Assembly (NCBI GenBank): GCA_002189035.1 | Contig: NEEC01000008.1 | Location: 682,001 to 746,000 of the forward strand | Source: Utricularia gibba | Taxonomy: Eukaryota > Plantae > Magnoliophyta | Length of the DNA stretch: 64,000 nt | Reading direction: 5' to 3' | Notes under the pieces: generated by a model | Database searches by the model: none | The model's input: only the letters and a program-made list of their open reading frames with translations | Told to the model about the DNA's origin: nothing | Made by a program: the position numbers and the translations under genes | Shown here: piece after piece, positions 38,994-52,551 of the stretch | Numbering within the stretch: the first letter of the stretch is position 1 | Layout of the letters: the number at the start of each line of letters is the position of its first letter

Positions 38994-41714
38994 ATGGCCC
39001 GGAGGGTAGGCCTGTATCTGACGCGGCAGTGCACTCTGATGAGATACTCCAATTGTATTACCAGGCGGTTGTTTTGCGCTACCTCTTCCGCAGATCAAAT
39101 TCCAAAGAAAGTCCCTCAATTTTCCAAAAAGGTTGATTTTTTTTTTATTTATTTTGGGTATGTTATTGGGTTTCTGTCCGGTATATCGGCTTGTTGATGA
39201 TAAAACTTTCAATAAAATTTGTGATACTAGTGAAACTACCACCTGTTTCTGCACTCATTTTCAGGGCAGGATATTTACAGGAGTTGCTATTGGCCTGCTA
39301 ATCGGCGGTGGGGCGTATGCAAGTACCGTGGATGAAGCAACATTCTGGTATTGATTATTTCAGATTCCAGCATTGTCCAGGTCATTCAGTATTTGAACTT
39401 GGCTCTTTTTCATATAAATCCTCACCCGTGAGCTATTGTGTGTGCGTTGTTATTATTATTATTACTCTCTGGGAATTGGAACTCTTCCTGAAGGATTTAA
39501 AGTAAGCGCGTCACACCAATGTGATAAAACAATACAAGTTTATGGAAACTTGGTTTGCTGATGATTGATATATTTTGGAGTTACTTCTTTGACATCTCAT
39601 TAAACTGCAGTGGATGGCTGTTTTCTGCAACAAAACTTGTCAATCCCTTCTTTGCATACATGGATCCCGAGGTTGCTCACCGGTTGGCAGTTTCTGCTGC
39701 TGCTCTTGGATGGGTCCCCGTAGAGAAGAGGCCGGACCCACATATCTTGGGAATCAGAGTTTGGGGAGGGGGTTCTCTAATCCAATTGGTCTTGCTGCCG
39801 GCTTTGACAAGAATGCTGAGGCTGTTGAAGGCTTGCTTGGGCTAGGTTTTGGCTTTGTAGAGGTTGGATCAGTCACACCCATTCCTCAGGAGGGTAATCC
39901 AAAACCTCGTATTTTTAGACTTCCAAATGAAGGGTAAGGTGGTCCTTGTTTTGGTTCTTTAGTTTGTAGATCTGTAGTACTCAGGCTATTTTGGATTGTA
40001 AAACTTTACCTTTGGGGATTTATGGCAGTGCTATCATCAATAGATGTGGCTTCAATAGTGAGGGCATTGTTGCTGTTGCAAAACGGCTTGGAGCTCAGCA
40101 TGGTAAAAGAATGTTAGAAACATCCAGTGCTGCATCTCCTGCGGGTGATGAGGTTGCTCATGGTGGGAAGTCTGGCCCAGGCATTCTGGGAGTTAACCTG
40201 GGAAAAAATAAGACCAGTGAAGATGCTGGGGCTGATTATGTGCAAGGAGTTCACACATTGTCACAGTATGCTGATTACCTGGTAAAAATACATCTGCTGT
40301 TTTTTCAAGATATCCTATTCATTCAAATCGTTTATGTGCTTTCTTCTGATTTTTAGCAAATCTTATGTACTGGGTGATTTTTGTAGTAATTGATCATTAA
40401 CTTTTTAGAAATGGGACTATGCTCATGGTGTGCACGACATCCTTTGGTTTCCTTGAGCTCTTTCGTGTAATATGCTGAATTGCATTTAACTTATATTTTT
40501 GTTTTCATATTCCTGTGTGAGTGCATAGTACACAGAGATACCTTTCCTTGGGGGCATATTGAGGTTTTAATTCTTCATGATCTTAAAGCTTTGTTGGTTT
40601 GTTTTTATGTCACTGGATGTATATTTGTAATCTTACAAATGTCCTGCTCATTTTATAGGTTATTAATGTATCATCCCCAAATACTCCTGGACTGAGACAA
40701 CTTCAGGGAAGAAAACAGTTGAAAGACCTTGTGAAGAGGGTAACATCCTGGCGCTTTTGTCATCTACTCTTGATATTCGGGATTGACCATTTTCAAAATT
40801 GGTTTACATTACCATTTTTCAGGTTCAAGCAGCTCGGGATGAAATGCAATGGGGTGAAGAAGGACCACCTCCATTGCTCGTTAAAATTGCTCCAGATTTG
40901 TCCAAACAGGATATTGAAGACGTGGCAGCAGTATGCACAACATTTTTTTTTTTATTGGGCATCCTCTGCAACAGCTTTTGATTGCTTCCCATTTTGTTTT
41001 GCTGCAGGTGGCTCTTGCCTTGCGTGTAGATGGATTGGTATGTTGTGTCTGCTCTTGAAACCCAAAATTTGTATGCTTCGAATTGTTAGTAGCATGCTGT
41101 ACTAATTCATATCCCCCCTCAGATCATTACAAATACAACCATTCAAAGACCAGATACCGTGAGTAACAATCCGGTTTCTGTCGAATCGGGTGGCCTGAGT
41201 GGAAAGCCACTTTTTAGTTTATCAACAAACGTACTCAGGGACATGTACATTCTGACAAAGGTATTCATTTTTTGTCGCAACCTGTGTATCACATCCTGGC
41301 ATGCCGGATGTGTTGCTTCTCTCCGAAAGTCTTGATTCATCTTGCTGGTCTCTCAGGGTAGGATCCCATTGATTGGCTGTGGAGGAGTTAGCAGGTAAAC
41401 GTTGTCTTAAATGCGGTAATCATAGTTTGGGCCGTTTTTTCATTTCCTTGGTGGATTCGTTTTATTCAGTGGAGAGGATGCATATAGAAAAATACGAGCA
41501 GGGGCAACTCTTGTTCAGCTGTATACTGAATTTGCATATGGAGGGCCTGCTCTCATCCCTCAGATAAAGGTACAGAAGTTGGGCTTCAGAGATCCAAGCA
41601 GTATTCAACGAATAGTCCTTGATGCATGTCATTTTTCAGGCTGAACTTGCTGCATGCTTGGAAAGAGATGGGTTCGCGTCTGTGTCCGAGGCAATTGGAG
41701 CAGATTACAGATAG
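38994..41714 (+). CDS. DHODH: Dihydroorotate dehydrogenase (quinone), mitochondrial; one 1-nt deficit as written
   Basis: Eleven exons. Motifs [81 protein letters not shown]. Exon 39611-39933 is 323 nt where 324 is needed, with the frame break in the G-rich run at 39763-39772. Confidence 0.95.
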
Positions 41715-42387
41715 AGCTTCACCTGAACCTGGCCACCACAAAAAAAAAAAAAAAAACCCCATTCACTGATGCACTTAGCACTACTCTCACTTATTGCTTT
41801 TTTTTGTTTCTTTTCCTATAAATGTACAGCACATCTTATTGTTTCTACCACACAACAATGAGTGCCAGCGCCATTTCGTGACTGGAAGTCTTTTCAGTAG
41901 CTCTTTTTGTATATTAATGAGTGCCAGCACCTTCCCATGTCCAGGGCAGTGCCACGCTGAGGAAGGCATCTACAGTAACCTGGATTTGCAGCCCAATCGC
42001 AAGAGGATGTTGAATGTATATAAGATAAGAAGGTGATAAATGGCATGGGCATTGAGGTAGATGATGAGTCAATTCCACTTCTCTTAATTTGCCCACAGTT
42101 GAGCTGCCAAGATGGCCCACGGGGACTCATCCGGTGGACGGTGAACCTTCTGTTCTCCATTCTCTTTGCTACTGGTCACAGCATCCTCCTGTTCCTATTG
42201 CTATACACGTGCTGAACCTGCTGAAACTCTGGGTCATTTGCTCATCCTCACCACCTACGTGTTGTCGCATCTCTTTTATCTCCACGGGATGGAGCTGAGC
42301 CTGAAGTAGCAGCCCCAACAGCACAAATGGATTAGATTTCCTTTTTGAATCAGCGGCCTGCTTTTTTTGCCTTCCTTCCTTTCGAAG

Positions 42388-43363
42388 ATGGTGATGGAAG
42401 TTATGCATGGGGACACCGCTGCGTGTGCAAATCATCCCTTCAGAAACACCACCACCCCAGATAGGGGTGGGATCTGTGCCTTTTGTCTGCGGGAGAAGCT
42501 CAGAAACCTCATTTCATCCTCTTTTCCTGAGGCTGCGTTCCCTTCATCCTCTTCTTCTTCCTCCCCATTTCCAGATCTGACGTTGTTGTACTCCAATCAC
42601 AGAGTAGCAGCACGTACAAGGATATCGCTAAGCTACCTGCGCATCACCACCACCAGAAGGTAACGATGAACAATCAAGTTGCCGGGATCATGGTTTCAGA
42701 TTCCACACAGCATGTCCTTGATGAGCATTGCACTTCAAAAAACTCCCGCAGAAGAGGCTTCTGGTCATTTCTTCAATACAGGCGAACGAAAGTTAGTGGG
42801 TTTCATAAAGATGTCAACTTCACACAAAGCACCATTAATAGAGGATCCAGAAATAGGGAGCTGCTGATGAAGAAGAAGATAATGATGATCAGGCTTCACC
42901 TGACCCCAGGATTTCAAGATCCAGATCTATGGGCTGCGGCAGGAACTTCTCAGGTGATTTATTTGATACATTGTCGACGGGCTTTGGCGGTTGGTCTCTC
43001 CGCCGAGTAGCTTCCCAGAGAGAAGAAAAGCAGCAGCAGAAGGGTCCAAACAGAATTCACGAGAATGGCTCAACCCCCACTGATGGGCGTGAAAGCATCA
43101 AAGAAAGAGTCGTACAGGGTGGGATATCGAGTGGATCCACGATGACTCCCTCATCATCTTCCTCACATCGTGTTGCACCATCCCTTCAAGGGCGCCGGAA
43201 GTCAATATCGTATGTGGGGAAAATTACCACCCATTCCCATTCGTGGAGCAAAAGCTGGGGCTGGGCATCTGCAAGTCCACTGAGAGCCTCCGCAAGGCCT
43301 CCCTCACGAAAAAAGGAAGCTTCTTCTTCCAACAAGAGTTCAACTCCGAGTTTGTCACTGTGA
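42388..43363 (+). CDS. Intronless plant-specific uncharacterised protein (DUF740/OCTOPUS-like Cys/His N-terminal motif); two 1-nt deficits as written
   Basis: CANHP..GGICAFCLREKL, GFWSFL, ISRSRSMGCGRNFSGDLF..LRRVASQRE. The three ORF pieces join if one base is added at about 42567-42572 and one G at about 42857-42860. Confidence 0.7.
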
Positions 43364-45445
43364 GCTTGAAAAAAAAAAGCCTGTTACAAAACTTGAAAAG
43401 AAACTACAGCTTCTCTCACAATATTTTACAGTCCTAGTCCTGCTGTTTCCTCTACCTCCTTTGTACTATGTTCTTCGTCTATCTCGAATTGGTTTGTCTG
43501 TTCATGTTGGTTTTGCTTACTATAGTTGGGCTCTGGTTTCTACTACAACAGGTGAACTTGATCAGCCTGACCAAGCCATATCTTTCGTCTGTTGGCTGAT
43601 TTGTTTTCGTCTTCGTTCTGGTTGCCAAAATTAATTCATATGGGGACTGGTTAGTGGGTACACGCATGATAAAATAACAAAGTCCTGGATGCAAGGTCGC
43701 TACCTTCTCATGTACAGGGCCCCTACAGCATCTGTCCAGTCATCGCCATTATTGCTGTCATTTCTGCATTTCTTCGAATACAAGAGCCGCACCTGTTTTG
43801 GGGAGATGTGGAACCAAAACCAGAACCAGAGCCAGTCGAATAGATAGTGAATAGCGACACCCCTGATGAAATCTCTCAAGCTTATTCCAGCCCATGTATT
43901 TGTCTAGAAATGATCAGATTGATGAGGATCACTACTAGCTCATGAAATCAATTTACAAAGCTAATGTTTTAGCATCAAGCACCTTAGTGACTAAGGTAAT
44001 GTCATTGTCAGTCTCGCCATAAGAAATTCTTGAGTTAATTTGTGAGGTGTTCATCTATCGCAACCAAATATGATAAATGGTTACCTTTAAAAATTTCTTT
44101 GCAAATTGATCATCCTTTTCATTTAATTATTTAATTATATATATTATACAGAATGCTATAAAATATTTAATTTATTTCATTAAGTTTTCAGATGTGTTAT
44201 GATTATAAAAGATGAATATATAATTTTTCGATTAACCAAGTAAGGGGCATTGGCATTATTAAATAATATATGTTTTAAATTGATCTAAAATCGAATAGTT
44301 ATTCGAAATAAATGTTTCAAACGTTATTATTGGGGTGCTTTTGCTAATTTTCATTTCGAAACATATGTATGTCAAAAGCTTCTAGAAGCATATTAATTTG
44401 AAAGAGTGATACAATGTGAACAAAAGAGGCCAATTTTATACATTATTTTGGAAACTCATAAATCGAAATAGTAATGTAATTTTAACATAAAAAAGAAACT
44501 AATAATGAAAGGTTCTTTTTGTAAACATTTCAATCATCATTATATTTTAAATTATTTTATTATTCATTAAAATTATGTTTATAGATTATTGTATTTTTTA
44601 ATAAAATTGAAATAACAAGTTATTCTAATACAATTTACATAATATAACAAATTTATATATTCTTATATTTTAGAGACTCAACACTCTTAGGCAGCCATTA
44701 GTTGAGGATATAAAGGAGGATTAATTAATAGGTATTAGATTTATGACTTTCTACATTTAGATGTTGCACACATTAAAATGTTTATATATAACTAAACATA
44801 TCATTTGCTTCATATAATCCTTCAAAAAAATAATTAAATGTATTCATTACTCTATAGCACACTATTGTACCTTTATGTCATCTTATAAAAAACAAAAAAT
44901 ATTGCATTGTTTAACTATTAAATATGATAAAAAAATTAACTAAGGTGAATTAATAAAAGTTCTATAAAATGACAAGTACGTTACCAGATTTAGAAGTAAT
45001 TTCTCTGATTCATTATCAATCAACAATGTATTACTTATGTTGTAACAATAATTTGACGGTTATATCATCATTTCAAATCCCTCGCAAGTTTTTAAATTTA
45101 AAGATGTTAAATCTATCGTCAATGCATGCTACTATTAGGGATGATCAATTTGGTAGGTATTGAAGCATAGATATACTAATGAATGAAAATTGGGTATCTT
45201 ATTTCATATTGTTAGATGGTATGCCTCAATTGTGAATTTCATCTCTAGTTACATGAAGTTTTAAATGTATTTAGATAACATCATTCATTCATTTCTTGAG
45301 TATAGACAAACTCATAGTCTCTTTCTCATATTTCCTGAAATTTCATTGACTTTCTATTCTTTTGGTCAAGTTTACATAGTACTTATCTTATAAGAATTGT
45401 CACACCATATAGGGATTGAGTCTCTGAAATTTGTAATCAATGGTT

Positions 45446-45903
45446 TGTTAGAGTTTGCAATAAGGTAGGATATTCGGCTATTTTGAGACAGGTTTTGAGA
45501 CTTTGAAAATATTGAACAAAGGCAGAGAAGAATATTGGTTGCTTATGCAGTTCCTTAGGGGGGTACATGAATATTTATAAGCGTAGAAACTAGTTGTTGT
45601 TGAGAACTGTTGCACCAGTCTGTCCATTACGTAGTCAGACTACTGGAATAGCAGTCAGACTGAGTGAGCCGGTGGGAGGTGCAGAGATGTTGTTGGGCAG
45701 TTGACAGCCCATCATGGTATTGGTTGGCCCAGAAGAGCAGAGTCCACTGTCTTTCCTACTTTCTGTCCAGATTGCTTCTCGGCGGGTGTTCTTTACCGCT
45801 GGGTCTCGTCTCTCGCGCGAGTTCTCAGACACTTTCTATAAATTAACAGTCGGGTATTCTCCGGTCTTTGAGCCGTCCTTCACCTCCATATCGATCACCG
45901 ACA
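45446..45903 (-). repeat. 3' LTR (458 bp)
   Basis: Plus strand TGTTAGAG...CACCGACA. Aligns to 57140-57565 plus the stub at 50560-50564. Confidence 0.93.
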
Positions 45904-45939
45904 TTCCTCCTCGATGGGTTGGTGAAGGATTGGTTGTTT

Positions 45940-48900
45940 CACTTGCAAGGTTTAATCGGAGCCCTAGAAGCTGGTGGATTCTGCAGAACGATTTGGGAAA
46001 CAGACATTTTGTGAGGATGTCTGCTGCTTGGCCTTCTAACGCTATGTACTCGCTTTATTGTGTCTTCCTGTACGTAGTCTCTTAACAAATGGTATTTGAC
46101 CTTAATGTGCTCCGTTCTTCCAAACATGACCGGCTTTTAGGCAATGCTAATTGCTGATTTGTTGTCAATTCGTAGGATTACTGGGCTGCTGATTTGTATC
46201 TTCAGGTCAACACAAAGTTTAATTAACCACTGAGTGTGGTTTGCTGCTGTTGAAGCTGCGATATATTCTACCTCCACCGACGATTGTGTGACAACATCTT
46301 GTCTTCTACTATTCCAGGCGAACAGAGCAGATCCTAAGTTGAACAGGTATCCGATCGTTGATTTGCATCCAATTTTGTCACCTGCAAAGTCTGAGTCGAC
46401 GAATCCCTGCAGAATCGGGTGAGTTCCCTTATTATAAAACAGTCCTAAATTGATAGTAGAGTTCATATATCTCAGGATTTTTCTAGCTATTTCCATGTGA
46501 ATCGTATGTGGTTTGTGCATGTATCTGGAGAGAAAGGATACTGCAAACGTGATGTCGGGTCTGGTGGCCATTAGATATAGCAAAGAACCAATGAGTTTCT
46601 AGTAGTCTTGTGTGTCAATAGGCTTTGTATCCAGATCATTCATCTTTTGTCTATCCTCAGGTGAAAATGGCACTGACGCCGCTTTTGTTTTCTCCATATT
46701 CACTCGCTTCAATAGGTCAACAGTATATTTCCTTTGATTAATAAATATCGACTCTTCATTTTGCAATATTTCAATTCCAAGGAAGTATCTTGCGAGGCCA
46801 AGAACTGTGAGATCGAACCGTTGCTTCAATAAGTCCTTTTGCTCAGAAATAAATTTTTCACTACTTCCTGTGATCAATATGTCGTCGACATAGAGTGTAA
46901 TAACGATCTTTCCTTTTGAGTTTTCCAATATATATAAAGTGGTGTCGTTCTTGCTTCGGTAGTACCTTGATCTAGGAAGAATTTGTCGATGGTAGAGTAC
47001 CACCCTTTCGGCGCCTATTTGAGGCCATATAGGGTCTTATTTAGTTTTAAGACATACTCAAGGTGGTCTTGAATTAGAAATCCGGGGGGGGGGTGTCTTC
47101 ACATATATGTCTTCGTTCAGATCTCCATTAAGAAATGCACTCTTGATGTCTAAGTGGTGAAGTTTCCATCTATTGCAGGGGACAAGGCTATTATGAGCTT
47201 GACGGTGTCTAGTCTGGCAACAGGCATAAACGTCTTCAGGTAATCTATTCCGGCTTTTTGGAGGTAGTCCTTTACTACCAGTCTGGCTTTGAGTTTGTTG
47301 AGTATCCCATCGGAGTTTAGTTTGGTCTTGAAAATCCACTTCAATTCCAAGGGTCTTGTATTCTTTGGCTTAGGGACGGCCACCCATACTTCGTGATCAT
47401 GTATGGATTTCAGTTCGGCATCCATGGTGCTTCTCCACTCAGGATATTTCAAGGCTTCAGTCACGCTGTTGGGTTCATGCACCAATAAGCAGCGATCTAA
47501 AATATTTTGGACTGAGCGATAGCCCCTTCTAGGAGGCTCATCTTCACGTTCGCGGGGACTAGTGTAGAGGTGATAAGCCAAGTAGGGCAGGTCTTCATGG
47601 CTTATCCCATAATCTTCTAGATAATTGTATTTTCAGATTCGGGAAGTAATATGGGGTTTCTGATGGCTTAGGGCGGACACCTCAACAAGAGAGCGTCTTC
47701 ATGTTGGTTCAGGGCTCCGTCCAAAGTTTCGAAATCGGAGTCAGTACTGTGGGTAGGCTGCACAGGTATATTGTCTGAGCCTCCTTCTTCAGCATATGAA
47801 AGCGTGACTTCAGGTGTGGATTTTACAGAATCTGAAAACTGTCGACATGTTTCTTCTGCATTTGAGGTTTGGGTAGAAATTTCCAGTCTTGGTGTCGATT
47901 CTAATTCTATTGTGAGGGGGCTGTGTTTCATGATAAGGATCAAGGCCTAAGTCTTGATTAAGAATTCCTCCTGAGTCCTGATTAAGAATTCCTCCTGAGT
48001 CGGATAACATATATACTTGTTGTTGACTCACTTCGTTTGTCGAGTTGTCTTCTTCAGAAATTTCTATCTGCTGTACGGTATGCGGTCCTTGACTTGTTTG
48101 GTCAAGAGAGTCATTTCCAAGACCAGATATAAGTTCCACAGAAGGAAATAGGTTACGAATACCACTGGATAAGCTGGGAGATTCTCATTGGGTAACAGAA
48201 TGTTTTTCCAGTCCCAGGTTTTGTCTTCCTCCACTATGACATCACGGCTGATTTCTACTGCATTCTTTCACAGGTTTAGCACTCGGTACGCTTTACGTGT
48301 ATCGGCATATCCCAAAAAATACCAGGTTCGGATCTGTTATCCAGTTTCGTTCGCTTTTCCTTGGGAATGTAGATATAGCATGGAGAGCCAAAGACTTTAA
48401 TATGATCTAACACTGGGATCTTACCGTGCCAGAGCTCATAAGGGGTCTTGTTGTTCTCGATGCCTTTTGTAGGAAGGTGATTCAAGAGGTATACTGTTGT
48501 GTTTACTGCTTCTCCCCAAAACTCCTTAGGTAACCCCTTTTGGTGTAGCAGACATCGAGCCATATTGATTATGGTTTGATTTTTCCTTTCGCATATTCCG
48601 TTTTGCTCCGATGAGTAGGAGGCTGTAAATTGATGGACAATGCCATTGCTTTCACATAATCTCTTCAGCTCAGTGGATTTATATTCTCCTCCATTGTCTT
48701 ATCTGAGAGTGAGAATTTTGCAGTTGCTCTGAGTTTCTGCAAGAGACTTGAAGATGTTGAAATAGTGCAGCACTTCGGCCTTTCGTTTTAGTAGATAAAT
48801 CCAGGTATATTTTGAATATTCATCCACAAAAATAACATAGTATTTGTTTCCTGCCCTTGTAGGTGTAGCCATCGGGCCCCAGACGTCACTGGTTACAACC

Positions 48901-50476
48901 TCAAGTTTCTCCTTCGAATGAGAGCTGAATTCTGGGAAGGGTTTTCTGTTCATTTTGCATTCGATACAGGTCGGGCACTTTCCGTCTTCTGGACTCAACT
49001 CAGGTAGGCTTTCGCGAGATTCTGCCTTTTCAAAGTTAAAAGGGATGCATAGTGGTGATGTCCTAGTCTCTCATGCCACAGTTTGGTTTTTTCGATTGTC
49101 ACCAGACATACATCTTCAATGAGAGTAGGCATAGAGAGTGTCAAATGAAAGATTATGTTAATCATTTCGCCTATGAGTATTATATTGTTTGCTTCATCTC
49201 TTATAATACACCTGTTGAGTTCCAGGTGAACCTTATATCCTTTTTCCACCAACTGTCCTGTGCTCAATAAGTTATGAGATATGTTTGGTACCAGATACAC
49301 ATCCAAGATTTTGATCAGTCTGTGTGCAGTTTCTATGCACACGGTTCCCACACCCTCAACAGGTAGCTGCTTTCCATCTGAAATCTCAATAAATTTATTT
49401 GAGAGCTTTGAGATGTGCAAGAATATACTTTTTTCGTTTGTAAGGTGGCGATTGCAGCCACTGTCAACCAACCATACCACCCGTTTTCGGAGATCAGTGA
49501 AGGAGGTAATTAGGGTGTGTTGATACTCGAGATAAAGGTCGACTTTCCTCTTATTAACTTCAGCGTTGAAGGATACATCATTGAAAGAATTAACTAGTTT
49601 TTCCATAGGATCGTCGGACATCCCCACAAGCTGATGATATTTCTTGAGTGGATAGACCTGGTCGACATGGCCTTTGAGCGAACAGTAGGAGCAGCTGACA
49701 TCCGGATTTGAGAAGCATTTGGAGGGTGAGTGTCCTTTCCGCTTGCAATAAGGGCAGAGACCGTTTTGAGGAATCTTCTCAGGTTTGGCTTGAATAAACA
49801 CAGGAGGTTGAGAGGTTTCGGCACATGGCTCCTTCTTGGGAAGTCGAGACTCATGAGCATGAAAGGCAAGTTCTGAGGCGTGCAGTTGATCAGCAGCATA
49901 AGGTTTGATTTCCACCCCTTTTAACCCCTAGAGGAGTTGTTTAGAGCTCATGGAATGGATGCGGCCATCAAACTTATGGAGCCAACACATACTCGAATTG
50001 TTGCAGTACAAGGCTGATTATTTTTGCACATAGGCGACTGTCTTCGATCTTCTCACTCAAGCGTTCTAGACCTGAAACAATTTTTGTTAGTTCTTCTGAA
50101 AAACTAGCAATGGACTAACCTGGATGGATCTCGAGCATCTCGTATTGTTTCCACATGTGAGACTTCTCAATAGCTGCAATTTGTATATCTCGACCATATA
50201 TTGAAGCAAGGGTGTCCCAAGTCTGCTTAGGGGAGGTGCAGTTCATTATGGGATCGTAAGTGTTCCCAGGTATTGCTCCACCTAAGATTGCTTGAGCTTG
50301 ATCTGCTTTTTCGTCCCAGGCTGTCTTTTCATCTTATGTTTTTCCTGAGTATTCTGTTGATACAACTGCCCATAGCTTGCATGCACGTAAATAAAGGGTC
50401 ATTTTGTTTGCTCAGCGTTCATATTCACTGCCGGTGAATGTTGGTGCAGGTTGATTGAAGTTAGAGGCCATGGCAT
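45940..50476 (-). pseudogene. Copia gag-pol, fragmented
   Basis: CPYCKRKGHSPSKC, WLVDSGCNRH, LWHERLGH, SDVWGP, FWGEAVNT..YLLN, KWIFKTK..KARLV, LYVDDILITGS, YLMATRPDI, IDNKSAISIA. Confidence 0.93.
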
Positions 50477-50541
50477 CTTCTTGAGAGGAGTGATTGATGC
50501 TTTGAGATTCTGAACAGAAGGTTTTGTGGGAGGACTACGAC

Positions 50542-50559
50542 TTCACGTCGAGTTCATCA
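50542..50559 (-). other. Primer binding site resembling the tRNA-Trp 3' end
   Basis: Minus strand TGATGAACTCGACGTGAA directly after the LTR end. It matches TGGTGAACCCGACGTGAA (complement of plant tRNA-Trp as recalled) at 16/18. Confidence 0.65.
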
Positions 50560-50564
50560 TGTTA

Positions 50565-52455
50565 GGGCGCGTTTGCTTGTTGGGTTTTGCCTAAACCCAG
50601 ATTTAGTTTATTTGGGTTTAGGGAACCCGGTTTTGTGGGTTTAGTCTCTGTGAATCATTTTTTGTTGATGGGTTTACATTATTTGGGTTTAAATAAACCC
50701 ACGTTTGCTTGGTGGGTATAAAATTGGGTTTATACATAATTTTCATGGGAATTTACTAATATAGCCTTTCACACTCGTGCACCGACTTTCACACCCACTT
50801 TACCCATTCAGACATATTCCTCTTTCTTACCATTACCCCCTTCGTCCAACGACTTTCACAGTCCATTGTCGCGGTGCTGCCGGTCGACGAGATCTCTCGT
50901 TTTCACAAGTAATTGAGAGTGAAGAGCCATGGGTTACGTCCAGTTTGTATACTCCCTTCGTTGCACAGGGTTTCTTGTTTAAAATCCGTTGAATTTTGAG
51001 TGAATTTTACGGTTTACTTGTGGTAAGTGTTCGGTGTAGATGCTTTGTTCTTGCTGTTTTATTTCCTCCAGCACAGATTGCAAATATGCATAGCCCAAAC
51101 GTGATGGAAGAGTCTCACAAAAAAACGAAACGCGCCTGGAAGCCAGATGAGGAGAAAGACTTGTTGCACGCTTTGAAGCAGATCGTGAAAAAAGGTTGGA
51201 AAATTGAGAATGGTTTCAGGTGTGGGTATCACCGAGCGTTAGAGACAGAGTTTTTGAAACTCCTACCTAGAACCGACATCCGCGCACACCCCCATATATC
51301 TAGCAAGGTGCACACCTGGAAAAAAGACTACTACCTCCTTGTAGATTTTTTATCACGATCAGACACCGGTTTCAGTGAGCTGACCTACACCGTAGACGCA
51401 GACAATGAGGTTTGGAAGGAGATTGATCAGGTATGTATGCTCTGTTGTTGTTGTGTTATATCCGGTGCTGACCGTGTTATTATGTCAGCATGCACCCAGA
51501 CTGCGTGCCCTAAGACACAAGGCGTGGCCGTATTACATGGAGTGGCAGGAAATCTTTGGAAAGGATCGGGTTACAGGAGAAAAAATGAAGAGCTATGTAG
51601 CCGCGATCAAGAAGAGGAAATTCATGGAAGATGTGGGGGAGAATCTGGAAGTATCTTCGGATTGCCCTCTGGACCCGGATAGCACTGGACACGATATGAA
51701 CTTCTCGTATGCTGACACACCTTGTGACCCAATTGGTTGTGCTGCGGAGGGTTTCAACATCACGCCTAGTAGGGACTCTGAATCACACAACAGCACCAAC
51801 TCGTCGCGGCGCACTGGACGAAGCGGCAGGGGACCGAGGGGAATTGATGATGATGTGCAGTTTATCACAGAAATCAAGGAGCTTAACATGCGCACATGCG
51901 AAGAGCTACGTCACTTGGGATTAACAGTGGTGCAGCAAGCGCGGGACTTGATGGATAATCAGCGTCAGGCAGGGGAGATCATTAGAGGTATGCCGGTGCA
52001 ATTAACTGCCATCGAACGTTTTACCATAGCAGAGACGATTAGTTCCAACCCTGCGAGGTTGCGCTATTTCCTTGCCTCTAGCGACTGTGAGAGAGAGCTA
52101 ATTGTGCGTGGTTTAGTATCCGAATGTTGATCTTAAATCTGTTGTGTGGTGCTCCGCCTTATGTTGGAGTCATGGACTAGATGTATTTCGTCTTCTAATT
52201 ATCTTTTAAACTGATATGAGCACTGCAAAGGGTAGACAGTGTTCTAACTTCGTATGTGGAAGCACCGCATAATAGCAATCGCGGTGCTTCGTTGTTGAGC
52301 ACTCATCCGCAAACGTGGTGCTGCAACTATGGGTAAATTCATAGCAGTGCTATCGAGTAGTGATGGACTAGCACCGCGTTGGTTTTGCGTATTACGAAGC
52401 ACCACGTCTAGACACAAGGTTTCAAATCCATAGATGGCACCGGATGTTACAACAT
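50565..52455 (+). repeat. Left inverted arm
   Basis: Reverse-complement homology to 55301-57139 from the TIR to ...GGCACCGGATGTT(AC/G)AACAT, with scattered substitutions and indels. Confidence 0.9.
51086..52130 (+). CDS. Harbinger Myb/SANT-like DNA-binding protein, intact (328 aa, 2 exons)
   Basis: Exons 51086-51430 and 51489-52130, 58-nt GT-AG intron, phase 0, no stops. Motifs RAWKPDEEKDLL..GWKIENGFRCGY, PHISSKVHTWKKDY, WPYYMEWQEIFGKDRVTG. Confidence 0.88.
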
Positions 52456-52551
52456 GCGGTGCCACCGCGAATAGTGATCGATTAAAAACTAACAAGGTCA
52501 GCATACGATAGTTCACGCAAGATCCATGCAATTGCAAAGGTGCGCCGTCGA

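Noticed and set aside
39763-39772. DHODH, CUL1 and the 42388-43363 gene as true pseudogenes or programmed frameshifts
   Set aside because: Single missing bases in short runs with otherwise intact genes fit sequencing error better. No slippery heptamer or stimulatory structure was seen.
47955-48001. 24-bp tandem duplication (SGGILNQD twice) in Copia pol
   Set aside because: Ordinary slippage in the variable integrase-RT linker.
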